Shown one piece after another: positions 12,001 to 27,000 of a stretch of DNA of 64,000 bases. Under the pieces are notes generated by a model, which searched no databases, was not told the origin of the DNA, and saw only the letters and a program-made list of their open reading frames with translations. The position numbers and the translations under genes were made by a program. Source of the DNA: Eledone cirrhosa (Eukaryota); contig OZ024742.1 of NCBI GenBank assembly GCA_964016885.1, positions 235,786,001 to 235,850,000 of the forward strand, written 5' to 3'. Every line of letters starts with the position of its first letter. The stretch's first letter is position 1.

Positions 12001-15000
12001 TTGGTAGTGGTGATGGTGTTGGTTGTGGTGATGATGTTGGTAGTGGTGATGTTGTTGGTAGTGGTGATGGTGTTGGTAGTGGTGATGGTGTTGGTAGTGG
12101 TGATGGTGTTGGTAGTGCTGATGGTATTGGTAGTGGTGATGGTTTTGGTAGTGGTGATGGTGTTGGTAGTGGTGATGGTGTTGGTGTTGGTAGTGGTGAT
12201 GGTGTTGGTTGTGGTGATGGTGTTGGTAGTGGTGATGGTGTTGGTTGTGGTGATGGTGTTGGTAGTGGTGATGGTGTTGGTAGTGATGATGGTGTTGGTA
12301 GTGGTGATGGTGTTGGTAGAAGTGATGGTGTTGGTAGTGGTGATGGTGTTGGTGTTGGTAGTGGTGATGGTGTTGGTTGTTGTGATGGTGTTGGTAGTGG
12401 TGATGGTGTTGGTGTTGGTAGTGGTGATGGTGTTGGTTGTGGTGATGGTGTTGGTAGTGGTGATGGTGTTGGTTGTGGTGATGGTGTTGGTAGTGATGAT
12501 GGTGTTGGTAGTGGTGATGGTGTTGGTAGTGGTGATGGTGTTGGTAGTGATGATGGTGTTGGTAGTGGTGATGGTGTTGGTAGAAGTGATGGTGTTGGTA
12601 GTGGTGATGGTGTTGGTAGTGGTGTTGGTAGTGGTGATGGTGTTGGTAGTGGTGGTGGTGTTGGTAGTGGTGATGGTGTTGGTAGTGGTGATGGTGTTGG
12701 TTGTGGTGATGGTGTTGGTAGTGGTGATGTTGTTGGTAGTGGTGATGGTGTTGGTAGTGCTGATGGTATTGGTAGTGGTGATGGAGTTGGTAGTGGTGAT
12801 GGTGTTGGTAGTGGTGATGGTGTTGGTAGTGGTGATGGTGTTGGTAGTGGTGATGGTGTTGGTAGTGGTGATGGTGTTGGTAGTGGTGATGGTGTTGGTA
12901 CTGGTGATGGTGTTGGTTGTGGTGATGGTGTTGGTAGTGGTGATGGTGTTGGTAGTGGTGATGGTGTTGGTACTGGTGATGGTGTTGGTAGTGGTGATGG
13001 TATTGGTAGTGGTGATGGTGTTGGTAGTGGTGATGGTGTTGGTTATGGTGATGGTGTTAGTAGTGGTGATGGTGTTGGTAGTGGTGATGGTGTTGGTAGT
13101 GGTGGAGGTGTTGGTAGTGGTGATGGTGTTGGTAGTGGTGATGGTGTTGGTAGTGGTGATGGTGTTGGTAGTGGTGATGGTGTTGGTAGTGGTGATGGTG
13201 TTGGTTGTGGTGATGGTGTTGGTAGTGGTGATGGTGTTGGTAGTGGTGATGGTGTTGGTAGTGGTGGAGGTGTTGGTAGTGGTGATGGTGTTGGTTGTGG
13301 TGATGGTGATGGTGTTGGAAGTCGTGATGGTGTTGGTAGTGGTGATGGTGTTGGTAGTGGTGGTGGTGATGGTGTTGGAAGTCGTGATGGTGTTGGTAGT
13401 GGTGATGGTGTTGGTAGTGGTGGAGGTGTTGGTAGTGGTGATGGTGTTAGTAGTGGTGATGGTGTTGGTAGTGGTGATGGTGTTGGTACTGGTGATGGTG
13501 TTGGTAGTGGTGATGGTGTTGGTAGTGGTGATGGTGTTGGTAGTGGTGGAGGTGTTGGTAGTGGTGATGGTGTTGGTTGTGGTGATGGTGTTGGTAGTGG
13601 TGATGGTGTTGGTAGTGGTGATGGTGTTGGTAGTGGTGGAGGTGTTGGTAGTGGTGATGGTGTTGGTTGTGGTGATGGTGTTGGTAGTGGTGATGGTGTT
13701 GGTAGTGGTGATGGTGTTAGTAGTGGTGATGGTGTTGGTTGTGGTGATGGTGTTGGTAGTGGTGATGGTGTTGGTTGTGGTGATGGTGTTGGTAGTGGTG
13801 ATGGTGTTGGTAGTGGTGATGGTGTTGGTAGTGGTGATGGTGTTGGTAGTGGTGATGGTGTTGGTAGTGGTGATGGTGTTAGTAGTGGTGATGGTGTTGG
13901 TAGTGGTGATGGTGTTGGTAGTGGTGGAGGTGTTGGTAGTGGTGATGGTGTTGGTTGTGGTGATGGTGTTGGTAGTGGTGATGGTGTTGGTGTTGGTAGT
14001 GGTGATGGTGATGGTAGTGGTGATGGTGTTGGTAGTGGTGATGGTGTTGGTAGTGGTGATGGTGTTGGTAGTGGTGATGGTGTTGGTTGTGGTGATGGTG
14101 TTGGTAGTGGTGATGGTGTTGGTTGTGGTGATGGTGTTGGTAGTGGTGATGGTGTTGGTACTGGTGATGGTGTTGGTAGTGGTGATGGTGTTGGTAGTGG
14201 TGGAGGTGTTGGTAGTGGTGATGGTGTTGGTTGTGGTGATGGTGTTGGTAGTGGTGATGGTGTTGGAAGTTGTGATGGTGTTGGTAGTGGTGATGGTGTT
14301 GGTAGTGGTGATGGTGTTGGTAGTGGTGATGGTGTTGGTACTGGTGATGGTGTTGGTAGTGGTGATGGTGTTGGTAGTGGTGGAGGTGTTGGTAGTGGTG
14401 ATGGTGTTGGTTGTGGTGATGGTGTTGGTAGTGGTGATGGTGTTGGTTGTGGTGATGGTGTTGGTAGTGGTGATGGTGTTGGTAGTGATGATGGTGTTGG
14501 TAGTGGTGATGGTGTTGGTAGTGGTGATGGTGTTGGTAGTGGTGATGGTGTTGGTAGTGGTGATGGTGTTGGTAGTGGTGATGGTGTTGGTGTTGGTAGT
14601 GGTGATGGTGTTGGTTGTGGTGATGGTGTTGGTAGTGGTGATGGTGTTGGTGTTGGTAGTGGTGATGGTGTTGGTTGTGGTGATGGTGTTGGTTGTGGTG
14701 ATGGTGTTGGTAGTGATGATGGTGTTGGTAGTGGTGATGGTGTTGGTAGTGGTGATGGTGTTGGTAGTGATGATGGTGTTGGTAGTGGTGATGGTGTTGG
14801 TAGAAGTGATGGTGTTGGTAGTGGTGATGGTGTTGGTAGTGGTGATGGTGTTGGTAGTGGTGATGGTGTTGGTGTTGGTAGTGGTGATGGTGTTGGTTGT
14901 GGTGATGGTGTTGGTAGTGGTGATGGTGTTGGTGTTGGTAGTGGTGATGGTGTTGGTAGTGGTGATGGTGTTGGTAGTGGTGATGGTGTTGGTAGTGATG

Positions 15001-18000
15001 ATGGTGTTGGTAGTGGTGATGGTGTTGGTAGAAGTGATGGTGTTGGTAGTGGTGATGGTGTTGGTAGTGGTGATGGTGTTGGTAGTGGTGATGGTGTTGG
15101 TAGTGGTGATGGTGTTGGTGTTGGTAGTGGTGATGGTGTTGGTTGTGGTGATGGTGTTGGTAGTGGTGATGGTGTTGGTGTTGGTAGTGGTGATGGTGTT
15201 GGTTGTGGTGATGGTGTTGGTAGTGGTGATGGTGTTGGTTGTGGTGATGGTGTTGGTCGTGGTGATGGTGTTGGTTGTGGTGATGGTGTTGGTAGTGGTG
15301 ATGGTGTTGGTAGTGATGATGGTGTTGGTAGTGGTGATGGTGTTGGTAGAAGTGATGGTGTTGGTAGTGGTGATGGTGTTGGTGTTGGTAGTGGTGATGG
15401 TGTTGGTTGTTGTGATGGTGTTGGTAGTGGTGATGGTGTTGGTGTTGGTAGTGGTGATGGTGTTGGTTGTGGTGATGGTGTTGGTAGTGGTGATGGTGTT
15501 GGTTGTGGTGATGGTGTTGGTAGTGATGATGGTGTTGGTAGTGGTGATGGTGTTGGTAGTGGTGATGGTGTTGGTAGTGATGATGGTGTTGGTAGTGGTG
15601 ATGGTGTTGGTAGAAGTGATGGTGTTGGTAGTGGTGATGGTGTTGGTAGTGGTGTTGGTAGTGGTGATGGTGTTGGTAGTGGGGGTGGTGTTGGTAGTGG
15701 TGATGGTGTTGGTAGTGGTGATGGTGTTGGTTGTGGTGATGGTGTTGGTAGTGGTGATGTTGTTGGTAGTGGTGATGGTGTTGGTAGTGCTGATGGTATT
15801 GGTAGTGGTGATGGAGTTGGTAGTGGTGATGGTGTTGGTAGTGGTGATGGTGTTGGTAGTGGTGATGGTGTTGGTAGTGGTGATGGTGTTGGTAGTGGTG
15901 ATGGTGTTGGTAGTGGTGATGGTGTTGGTACTGGTGATGGTGTTGGTTGTGGTGATGGTGTTGGTAGTGGTGATGGTGTTGGTAGTGGTGATGGTGTTGG
16001 TACTGGTGATGGTGTTGGTAGTGGTGATGGTATTGGTAGTGGTGATGGTGTTGGTAGTGGTGATGGTGTTGGTTATGGTGATGGTGTTAGTAGTGGTGAT
16101 GGTGTTGGTAGTGGTGATGGTGTTGGTAGTGGTGGAGGTGTTGGTAGTGGTGATGGTGTTGGTAGTGGTGATGGTGTTGGTAGTGGTGATGGTGTTGGTA
16201 GTGGTGATGGTGTTGGTAGTGGTGATGGTGTTGGTTGTGGTGATGGTGTTGGTAGTGGTGATGGTGTTGGTAGTGGTGATGGTGTTGGTAGTGGTGGAGG
16301 TGTTGGTAGTGGTGATGGTGTTGGTTGTGGTGATGGTGATGGTGTTGGAAGTCGTGATGGTGTTGGTAGTGGTGATGGTGTTGGTAGTGGTGGTGGTGAT
16401 GGTGTTGGAAGTCGTGATGGTGTTGGTAGTGGTGATGGTGTTGGTAGTGGTGGAGGTGTTGGTAGTGGTGATGGTGTTCGTAGTGGTGATGGTGTTGGTA
16501 GTGGTGATGGTGTTGGTACTGGTGATGGTGTTGGTAGTGGTGATGGTGTTGGTAGTGGTGATGGTGTTGGTAGTGGTGGAGGTGTTGGTAGTGGTGATGG
16601 TGTTGGTTGTGGTGATGGTGTTGGTAGTGGTGATGGTGTTGGTGTTGGTAGTGGTGATGGTGTTGGTTGTGGTGATGGTGTTGGTAGTGGTGATGGTGTT
16701 GGTGTTGGTAGTGGTGATGGTGTTGGTTGTGGTGATGGTGTTGGTTGTGGTGATGGTGTTGGTAGTGATGATGGTGTTGGTAGTGGTGATGGTGTTGGTA
16801 GTGGTGATGGTGTTGGTAGTGATGATGGTGTTGGTAGTGGTGATGGTGTTGGTAGAAGTGATGGTGTTGGTTGTGGTGATGGTGTTGGTAGTGGTGATGG
16901 TGTTGGTGTTGGTAGTGGTGATGGTGATGGTAGTGGTGATGGTGTTGGTAGTGGTGATGGTGTTGGTAGTGGTGATGGTGTTGGTAGTGGTGATGGTGTT
17001 GGTTGTGGTGATGGTGTTGGTAGTGGTGATGGTGTTGGTTGTGGTGATGGTGTTGGTAGTGGTGATGGTGTTGGTACTGGTGATGGTGTTGGTAGTGGTG
17101 ATGGTGTTGGTAGTGGTGGAGGTGTTGGTAGTGGTGATGGTGTTGGTTGTGGTGATGGTGTTGGTAGTGGTGATGGTGTTGGAAGTCGTGATGGTGTTGG
17201 TAGTGGTGATGGTGTTGGTAGTGGTGATGGTGTTGGTAGTGGTGATGGTGTTGGTACTGGTGATGGTGTTGGTAGTGGTGATGGTGTTGGTAGTGGTGGA
17301 GGTGTTGGTAGTGGTGATGGTGTTGGTTGTGGTGATGGTGTTGGTAGTGGTGATGGTGTTGGTTGTGGTGATGGTGTTGGTAGTGGTGATGGTGTTGGTA
17401 GTGATGATGGTGTTGGTAGTGGTGATGGTGTTGGTAGTGGTGATGGTGTTGGTAGTGGTGATGGTGTTGGTAGTGGTGATGGTGTTGGTAGTGGTGATGG
17501 TGTTGGTGTTGGTAGTGGTGATGGTGTTGGTTGTGGTGATGGTGTTGGTAGTGGTGATGGTGTTGGTGTTGGTAGTGGTGATGGTGTTGGTTGTGGTGAT
17601 GGTGTTGGTTGTGGTGATGGTGTTGGTAGTGATGATGGTGTTGGTAGTGGTGATGGTGTTGGTAGTGGTGATGGTGTTGGTAGTGATGATGGTGTTGGTA
17701 GTGGTGATGGTGTTGGTAGAAGTGATGGTGTTGGTAGTGGTGATGGTGTTGGTAGTGGTGATGGTGTTGGTAGTGGTGATGGTGTTGGTGTTGGTAGTGG
17801 TGATGGTGTTGGTTGTGGTGATGGTGTTGGTAGTGGTGATGGTGTTGGTGTTGGTAGTGGTGATGGTGTTGGTAGTGGTGATGGTGTTGGTAGTGGTGAT
17901 GGTGTTGGTAGTGATGATGGTGTTGGTAGTGGTGATGGTGTTGGTAGAAGTGATGGTGTTGGTAGTGGTGATGGTGTTGGTAGTGGTGATGGTGTTGGTA

Positions 18001-21000
18001 GTGGTGATGGTGTTGGTAGTGGTGATGGTGTTGGTGTTGGTAGTGGTGATGGTGTTGGTTGTGGTGATGGTGTTGGTAGTGGTGATGGTGTTGGTGTTGG
18101 TAGTGGTGATGGTGTTGGTTGTGGTGATGGTGTTGGTAGTGGTGATGGTGTTGGTTGTGGTGATGGTGTTGGTCGTGGTGATGGTGTTGGTAGTGGTGAT
18201 GTGTTGGTGTTGGTAGTGATGATGGTGTTGGTAGTGGTGATGGTGTTGGTTGTGGTGATGGTGTTGGTAGTGGTGATGGTGTTGGTGTTGGTAGTGATGA
18301 TGGTGTTGGTTGTGGTGTTGGTGTTGGTTGTGGTGATGGTGTTGGTAGTGGTGATGGTGTTGGTGTTGGTAGTGATGATGGTGTTGGTAGTGGTGATGGT
18401 GTTGGTAGTGGTGATGGTGTTGGTAGTGATGATGGTGTTGGTAGTGGTGATGGTGTTGGTAGAAGTGATGGTGTTGGTAGTGGTGATGGTGTTAGTAGTG
18501 GTGATGGTGTTGGTAGTGGTGATGGTGTTGGTAGTGGTGATGGTGTTGGTAGTGCTGATGGTATTGGTAGTGGTGATGGAGTTGGTAGTGGTGATGGTTT
18601 TGGTAGTGGTGATGGTGTTGGTAGTGGTGTTGGTAGTGGTGATGGTGTTGGTAGTGGTGGTGGTGTTGGTAGTGGTGATGGTGTTGGTAGTGGTGATGGT
18701 GTTGGTTGTGGTGATGGTGTTGGTAGTGGTGATGTTGTTGGTAGTGGTGATGGTGTTGGTAGTGCTGATGGTATTGGTAGTGGTGATGGAGTTGGTAGTG
18801 GTGATGGTTTTGGTAGTGGTGATGGTGTTGGTAGTGGTGTTGGTAGTGGTGATGGTGTTGGTAGTGGTGGTGGTGTTGGTAGTGGTGATGGTGTTGGTTG
18901 TGGTGATGGTGTTGGTAGTGATGATGGTGTTGGTAGTGGTGATGGTGTTGGTAGTGGTGATGGTGTTGGTAGTGATGATGGTGTTGGTAGTGGTGATGGT
19001 GTTGGTAGAAGTGATGGTGTTGGTAGTGGTGATGGTGTTGGTAGTGGTGATGGTGTTGGTTGTGGTGATGGTGTTGGTAGTGGTGATGGTGTTGGTAGTG
19101 ATGATGGTGTTGGTAGTGGTGATGGTGTTGGTAGTGGTGATGGTGTTGGTAGTGGTGATGGTGTTGGTAGTGGTGATGGTGTTGGTAGTGGTGATGGTGT
19201 TGGTGTTGGTAGTGGTGATGGTGTTGGTTGTGGTGATGGTGTTGGTAGTGGTGATGGTGTTGGTGTTGGTAGTGGTGATGGTGTTGGTTGTGGTGATGGT
19301 GTTGGTTGTGGTGATGGTGTTGGTAGTGATGATGGTGTTGGTAGTGGTGATGGTGTTGGTAGTGATGATGGTGTTGGTAGTGGTGATGGTGTTGGTAGAA
19401 GTGATGGTGTTGGTAGTGGTGATGGTGTTGGTAGTGGTGATGGTGTTGGTAGTGGTGATGGTGTTGGTGTTGGTAGTGGTGATGGTGTTGGTTGTGGTGA
19501 TGGTGTTGGTAGTGGTGATGGTGTTGGTGTTGGTAGTGGTGATGGTGTTGGTAGTGGTGATGGTGTTGGTAGTGGTGATGGTGTTGGTAGTGATGATGGT
19601 GTTGGTAGTGGTGATGGTGTTGGTAGAAGTGATGGTGTTGGTAGTGGTGATGGTGTTGGTAGTGGTGATGGTGTTGGTAGTGGTGATGGTGTTGGTAGTG
19701 GTGATGGTGTTGGTGTTGGTAGTGGTGATGGTGTTGGTTGTGGTGATGGTGTTGGTAGTGGTGATGGTGTTGGTGTTGGTAGTGGTGATGGTGTTGGTTG
19801 TGGTGATGGTGTTGGTAGTGGTGATGGTGTTGGTTGTGGTGATGGTGTTGGTCGTGGTGATGGTGTTGGTAGTGGTGATGTGTTGGTGTTGGTAGTGATG
19901 ATGGTGTTGGTAGTGGTGATGGTGTTGGTTGTGGTGATGGTGTTGGTAGTGGTGATGGTGTTGGTGTTGGTAGTGATGATGGTGTTGGTTGTGGTGTTGG
20001 TGTTGGTTGTGGTGATGGTGTTGGTAGTGGTGATGGTGTTGGTGTTGGTAGTGATGATGGTGTTGGTAGTGGTGATGGTGTTGGTAGTGGTGATGGTGTT
20101 GGTAGTGATGATGGTGTTGGTAGTGGTGATGGTGTTGGTAGAAGTGATGGTGTTGGTAGTGGTGATGGTGTTAGTAGTGGTGATGGTGTTGGTAGTGGTG
20201 ATGGTGTTGGTAGTGGTGATGGTGTTGGTAGTGCTGATGGTATTGGTAGTGGTGATGGAGTTGGTAGTGGTGATGGTTTTGGTAGTGGTGATGGTGTTGG
20301 TAGTGGTGTTGGTAGTGGTGATGGTGTTGGTAGTGGTGGTGGTGTTGGTAGTGGTGATGGTGTTGGTAGTGGTGATGGTGTTGGTTGTGGTGATGGTGTT
20401 GGTAGTGGTGATGTTGTTGGTAGTGGTGATGGTGTTGGTAGTGCTGATGGTATTGGTAGTGGTGATGGAGTTGGTAGTGGTGATGGTTTTGGTAGTGGTG
20501 ATGGTGTTGGTAGTGGTGTTGGTAGTGGTGATGGTGTTGGTAGTGGTGGTGGTGTTGGTAGTGGTGATGGTGTTGGTAGTGGTGATGGTGTTGGTTGTGG
20601 TGATGGTGTTGGTAGTGGTGATGTTGTTGGTAGTGGTGATGGTGTTGGTAGTGCTGATGGTATTGGTAGTGGTGATGGAGTTGGTAGTGGTGATGGTTTT
20701 GGTAGTGGTGATGGTGTTGGTAGTGGTGATGGTGTTGGTAGTGGTGATGGTGTTGGTAGTGGTGATGGTGTTGGTAGTGGTGATGGTGTTGGTAGTGGTT
20801 ATGGTGTTGGTAGTGGTGATGGTGTTGGTAGTGGTGATGGTGTTGGTAGTGGTGATGGTGTTGGTAGTGGTGATGGTGTTGGTAGTGGTGATGGTGTTGG
20901 TTGTGGTGATGGTGTTGGTAGTGGTGATGGTGTTGGTAGTGGTGATGGTGTTGGTAGTGGTGATGGTGTTGGTAGTGGTGATGGTGTTGGTAGTGGTGAT

Positions 21001-24000
21001 GGTGTTGGTACTGGTGATGGTGTTGGTAGTGGTGATGGTGTTGGTTGTGGTGATGGTGTTGGTAGTGGTGGTGGTGTTGGTAGTGGTGATGGTGTTGGTA
21101 GTGGTGATGGTGTTGGTAGTGGTGATGGTGTTGGTAGTGGTGATGGTGTTGGTTATGGTGATGGTGTTAGTAGTGGTGATGGTGTTGGTAGTGGTGATGG
21201 TGTTGGTAGTGGTGGAGGTGTTGGTAGTGGTGATGGTGTTGGTAGTGGTGATGGTGTTGGTAGTGGTGATGGTGTTGGTAGTGGTGATGGTGTTGGTAGT
21301 GGTGATGGTGTTGGTAGTGGTGATGGTGTTGGTTGTGGTGATGGTGTTGGTAGTGGTGGTGGTGTTGGTAGTGGTGATGGTGTTGGTAGTGGTGATGGTG
21401 TTGGTAGTGGTGATGGTGTTGGTAGTGGTGATGGTGTTGGTTATGGTGATGGTGTTAGTAGTGGTGATGGTGTTGGTAGTGGTGATGGTGTTGGTAGTGG
21501 TGGAGGTGTTGGTAGTGGTGATGGTGTTGGTAGTGGTGATGGTGTTGGTAGTGGTGATGGTGTTGGTAGTGGTGATGGTGTTGGTAGTGGTGATGGTGTT
21601 GGTAGTGGTGATGGTGTTGGTAGTGGTGATGGTGTTGGTAGTGGTGATGGTGTTGGTAGTGGTGATGGTGTTGGTAGTGGTGATGGTGTTGGTAGTGGTG
21701 ATGGTGTTGGTTATGGTGATGGTGTTAGTAGTGGTGATGGTGTTGGTAGTGGTGATGGTGTTGGTAGTGGTGGAGGTGTTGGTAGTGGTGATGGTGTTGG
21801 TAGTGGTGATGGTGTTGGTAGTGGTGATGGTGTTGGTAGTGGTGATGGTGTTGGTAGTGGTGATGGTGTTGGTTGTGGTGATGGTGTTGGTAGTGGTGAT
21901 GGTGTTGGTACTGGTGATGGTGTTGGTAGTGGTGGAGGTGTTGGTAGTGGTGATGGTGTTGGTTGTGGTGATGGTGATGGTGTTGGAAGTCGTGATGGTG
22001 TTGGTAGTGGTGATGGTGTTGGTAGTGGTGATGGTGTTGGTAGTGGTGATGGTGTTGGTAGTGGTGATGGTGTTGGTACTGGTGATGGTGTTGGTAGGGG
22101 AGATGGTGTTGGTAGTGGTGATGGTGTTGGTAGTGGTGGAGGTGTTGGTAGTGGTGATGGTGTTGGTTGTGGTGATGGTGTTGGTAGTGGTGATGGTGTT
22201 GGTAGTGGTGATGGTGTTGGTAGTGATGATGGTGTTGGTAGTGGTGATGGTGTTGGTAGAAGTGATGGTGTTGGTAGTGGTGATGGTGTTGGTAGTGGTG
22301 ATGGTGTTGGTAGTGGTGATGGTGTTGGTAGAAGTGATGGTGTTGGTAGTGGTGATGGTGTTGGTAGTGGTGATGGTGTTGGTAGTGGTGATGGTGTTGG
22401 TGTTGGTAGTGGTGATGGTGTTGGTTGTGGTGATGGTGTTGGTAGTGGTGATGGTGTTGGTGTTGGTAGTGGTGATGGTGTTGGTAGTGGTGATGGTGTT
22501 GGTAGTGGTGATGGTGTTGGTAGAAGTGATGGTGTTGGTAGTGGTGATGGTGTTGGTAGTGGTGATGGTGTTGGTAGTGGTGATGGTGTTGGTAGTGGTG
22601 ATGGTGTTGGTGTTGGTAGTGGTGATGGTGTTGGTTGTGGTGATGGTGTTGGTAGTGGTGATGGTGTTGGTGTTGGTAGTGGTGATGGTGTTGGTTGTGG
22701 TGATGGTGTTGGTAGTGGTGATGGTGTTGGTTGTGGTGATGGTGTTGGTAGTGGTGATGGTGTTGGTAGTGGTGATGTGTTGGTGTTGGTAGTGATGATG
22801 GTGTTGGTAGTGGTGATGGTGTTGGTTGTGGTGATGGTGTTGGTAGTGGTGATGGTGTTGGTGTTGGTAGTGATGATGGTGTTGGTTGTGGTGTTGGTGT
22901 TGGTTGTGGTGATGGTGTTGGTAGTGGTGATGGTGTTGGTGTTGGTAGTGATGATGGTGTTGGTAGTGGTGATGGTGTTGGTAGTGGTGATGGTGTTTGT
23001 AGTGATGATGGTGTTGGTAGTGGTGATGGTGTTGGTAGAAGTGATGGTGTTGGTAGTGGTGATGGTGTTGGTAGTGGTGTTGGTAGTGGTGATGGTGTTG
23101 GTAGTGGTGGTGGTGTTGGTAGTGGTGATGGTGTTGGTAGTGGTGATGGTGTTGGTTGTGGTGATGGTGTTGGTAGTGGTGATGTTGTTGGTAGTGGTGA
23201 TGGTGTTGGTAGTGGTGATGGTGTTGGTAGTGGTGATGGTGTTAGTAGTGGTGATGGTGTTGGTAGTGGTGATGGTGTTGGTAGTGGTGATGGTGTTGGT
23301 AGTGGTGATGGTGTTGGTAGTGGTGATGGTGTTGGTAGTGGTGATGGTGTTGGTTGTGGTGATGGTGTTGGTTGTGGTGATGGTGTTGGTAGTGGTGGTG
23401 GTGTTGGTAGTGGTGATGGTGTTGGTTGTGGTGATGGTGTTGGTAGTGGTGATGGTGTTGGTTGTGGTGATGGTGTTGGTAGTGGTGGTGGTGTTGGTAG
23501 TGGTGATGGTGTTGGTAGTGGTGATGGTGTTGGTAGTGGTGATGGTGTTGGTAGTGGTGATGGTGTTGGTTATGGTGATGGTGTTAGTAGTGGTGATGGT
23601 GTTGGTAGTGGTGATGGTGTTGGTAGTGGTGGAGGTGTTGGTAGTGGTGATGGTGTTGGTAGTGGTGATGGTGTTGGTAGTGGTGATGGTGTTGGTAGTG
23701 GTGATGGTGTTGGTAGTGGTGATGGTGTTGGTTGTGGTGATGGTGTTGGTAGTGGTGATGGTGTTGGTAGTGGTGATGGTGTTGGTAGTGGTGGAGGTGT
23801 TGGTAGTGGTGATGGTGTTGGTTGTGGTGATGGTGATGGTGTTGGAAGTCGTGATGGTGTTGGTAGTGGTGATGGTGTTGGTAGTGGTGATGGTGTTGGT
23901 AGTGGTGATGGTGTTGGTAGTGGTGATGGTGTTGGTACTGGTGATGGTGTTGGTAGTGGTGATGGTGTTGGTAGTGGTGATGGTGTTGGTAGTGGTGGAC

Positions 24001-27000
24001 GTGTTGGTAGTGGTGATGGTGTTGGTTGTGGTGATGGTGTTGGTAGTGGTGATGGTGTTGGTACTGGTGATGGTGTTGGTAGTGGTGATGGTGTTGGTAG
24101 TGGTGGAGGTGTTGGTAGTGGTGATGGTGTTGGTTGTGGTGATGGTGTTGGTAGTGGTGATGGTGTTGGTAGTGGTGATGGTGTTGGTAGTGGTGGAGGT
24201 GTTGGTAGTGGTGATGGTGTTGGTTGTGGTGATGGTGTTGGTAGTGGTGATGGTGTTGGTAGTGGTGATGGTGTTAGTAGTGGTGATGGTGTTGGTTGTG
24301 GTGATGGTGTTGGTAGTGGTGATGGTGTTGGTTGTGGTGATGGTGTTGGTAGTGGTGATGGTGTTGGTAGTGGTGATGGTGTTGGTAGTGGTGATGGTGT
24401 TGGTAGTGGTGATGGTGTTGGTAGTGGTGATGGTGTTAGTAGTGGTGATGGTGTTGGTAGTGGTGATGGTGTTGGTAGTGGTGGAGGTGTTGGTAGTGGT
24501 GATGGTGTTGGTTGTGGTGATGGTGTTGGTAGTGGTGATGGTGTTGGTAGTGGTGATGGTGTTGGTAGTGGTGATGGTGTTGGTTGTGGTGATGGTGTTG
24601 GTAGTGGTGATGGTGTTGGTTGTGGTGATGGTGTTGGTAGTGGTGATGGTGTTGGTACTGGTGATGGTGTTGGTAGTGGTGATGGTGTTGGTAGTGGTGG
24701 AGGTGTTGGTAGTGGTGATGGTGTTGGTTGTGGTGATGGTGTTGGTAGTGGTGATGGTGTTGGAAGTCGTGATGGTGTTGGTAGTGGTGATGGTGTTGGT
24801 AGTGGTGATGGTGTTGGTAGTGGTGATGGTGTTGGTTGTGGTGATGGTGTTGGTAGTGGTGATGGTGTTGGTAGTGGTGATGGTGTTGGTAGTGGTGATG
24901 GTGTTGGTAGTGGTGATGGTGTTGGTACTGGTGATGGTGTTGGTAGTGGTGATGGTGTTGGTAGTGGTGGAGGTGTTGGTAGTGGTGATGGTGTTGGTTG
25001 TGGTGATGGTGTTGGTAGTGGTGATGGTGTTGGTAGTGGTGATGGTGTTGGTAGTGGTGATGGTGTTGGTACTGGTGATGGTGTTGGTAGTGGTGATGGT
25101 GTTGGTAGTGGTGGAGGTGTTGGTAGTGGTGATGGTGTTGGTTGTGGTGATGGTGTTGGTAGTGGTGATGGTGTTGGTGGTGGTGATGGTGTTGGTAGTG
25201 GTGATGGTGTTGGTAGTGGTGGAGGTGTTGGTAGTCGTGATGGTGTTGGTAGTGGTGATGGTGTTGGTAGTGGTGGAGGTGTTGGTAGTGGTGATGGTGT
25301 TGGTTGTGGTGATGGTGATGGTAGAAGTGATGGTGTTGGTAGTGGTGATGGTGTTGGTTGTGGTGATGGTGATGGTAGTGGTGATGGTGTTGGTAGTGGT
25401 GATGGTGTTGGTTGTGGTGATGGTGATGGTAGAAGTGATGGTGTTGGTAGTGGTGATGGTGTTGGTTGTGGTGATCGGTGTTGGTAGTGGTGATGGTGTT
25501 GGTTGTGGTGATGGTGTTGGTAGTGGCGATGGTGTTGGTAGTGGTGATGGTGTTGGTAGTGGCGATGGTGTTGGTAGTGGTGATGGTGTTGGTAGTGGTG
25601 ATGGTGTTGGTAGTGGTGATGGTGTTGGTAGTGGTGATGGTGCTGGTAGTGGTGATGGTGTTGGTTGTGGTGATGGTGTTGGTAGTGGTGGTGGTGTTGG
25701 TAGTGGTGATGGTGTTGGTAGTGGTGATGGTGTTGGTAGTGGTGATGGTGTTAGTAGTGGTGATGGTGTTGGTAGTGGTGGAGGTGTTGGTAGTGGTGAT
25801 GGTGTTGGTAGTGGTGATGGTGTTGGTAGTGGTGATGGTGTTGGAAGTCGTGATGGTGTTGGTAGTGGTGATGGTGTTAGTAGTGGTGATGGTGTTGGTA
25901 GTGGTGATGGTGTTGGTAGTGGTGGAGGTGTTGGTAGTGGTGATGGTGTTGGTAGTGGTGGTGGTGTTGGTAGTGGTGATGGTGTTGGAAGTCGTGATGG
26001 TGTTGGTAGTGGTGATGGTGTTAGTAGTGGTGATGGTGTTGGTAGTGGTGATGGTGTTGGTAGTGGTGGAGGTGTTGGTAGTGGTGATGGTGTTGGTAGT
26101 GGTGGTGGTGTTGGTAGTGGTGATGGTGTTGGTAGTGGTGATGGTGTTGGTAGTGGTGGAGGTGTTGGTAGTGGTGATGGTGTTGGTAGTGGTGATGGTG
26201 TTGGTAGTGGTGGAGGTGTTGGTAGTGGTGATGGTGTTGGTAGTGGTGATGGTGTTGGTAGTGGTGGAGGTGTTGGTAGTGGTGATGGTGTTGGTAGTGG
26301 TGGTGGTGTTGGTAGTGGTGATGGTGTTGGAAGTCGTGATGGTGTTGGTAGTGGTGATGGTGTTAGTAGTGGTGATGGTGTTGGTAGTGGTGATGGTGTT
26401 GGTAGTGGTGGAGGTGTTGGTAGTGGTGATGGTGTTGGTAGTGGTGATGGTGTTGGTAGTGGTGATGGTGTTGGTAGTGGTGATGGTGATGGTAGTGGTG
26501 ATGGTGTTGGTTGTGGTGATGGTGTTGGTAGTGGTGGAGGTGTTGGTAGTGGTGATGGTGTTGGTACTGGTGATGGTGTTGGTTATGGTGATGGTGTTGG
26601 TAGTGGTGATGGTGTTGGTTGTGGTGATGTTGTTGGTAGTGGTGATGGTGTTGGTAGTGGTGATGGTGTTGGTAGTGGTGATGGTGTTGGTAGTGGTGAT
26701 GTTGTTGGTAGTGGTGATGGTGTTGGTAGTGGTGGAGGTGTTGGTTGTGGTGATGGTGTTGGTAGTGGTGATGGTGTTGGTAGTGGTGGAGGTGTTGGTA
26801 GTGGTGATGGTGTTGGTAGTGGTGATGGTGTTGGTAGTGGTGGTGGTGTTGGTAGTGGTGATGGTGTTGGTACTGGTGATGGTGTTGGTAGTGGTGATGG
26901 TGTTGGTTATGGTGATGGTGTTGGTTGTGGTGATGGTGTTGGTTGTGGTGATGTTGTTGGTAGTGGTGATGGTGTTGGTAGTGGTGATGGTGTTGGTAGT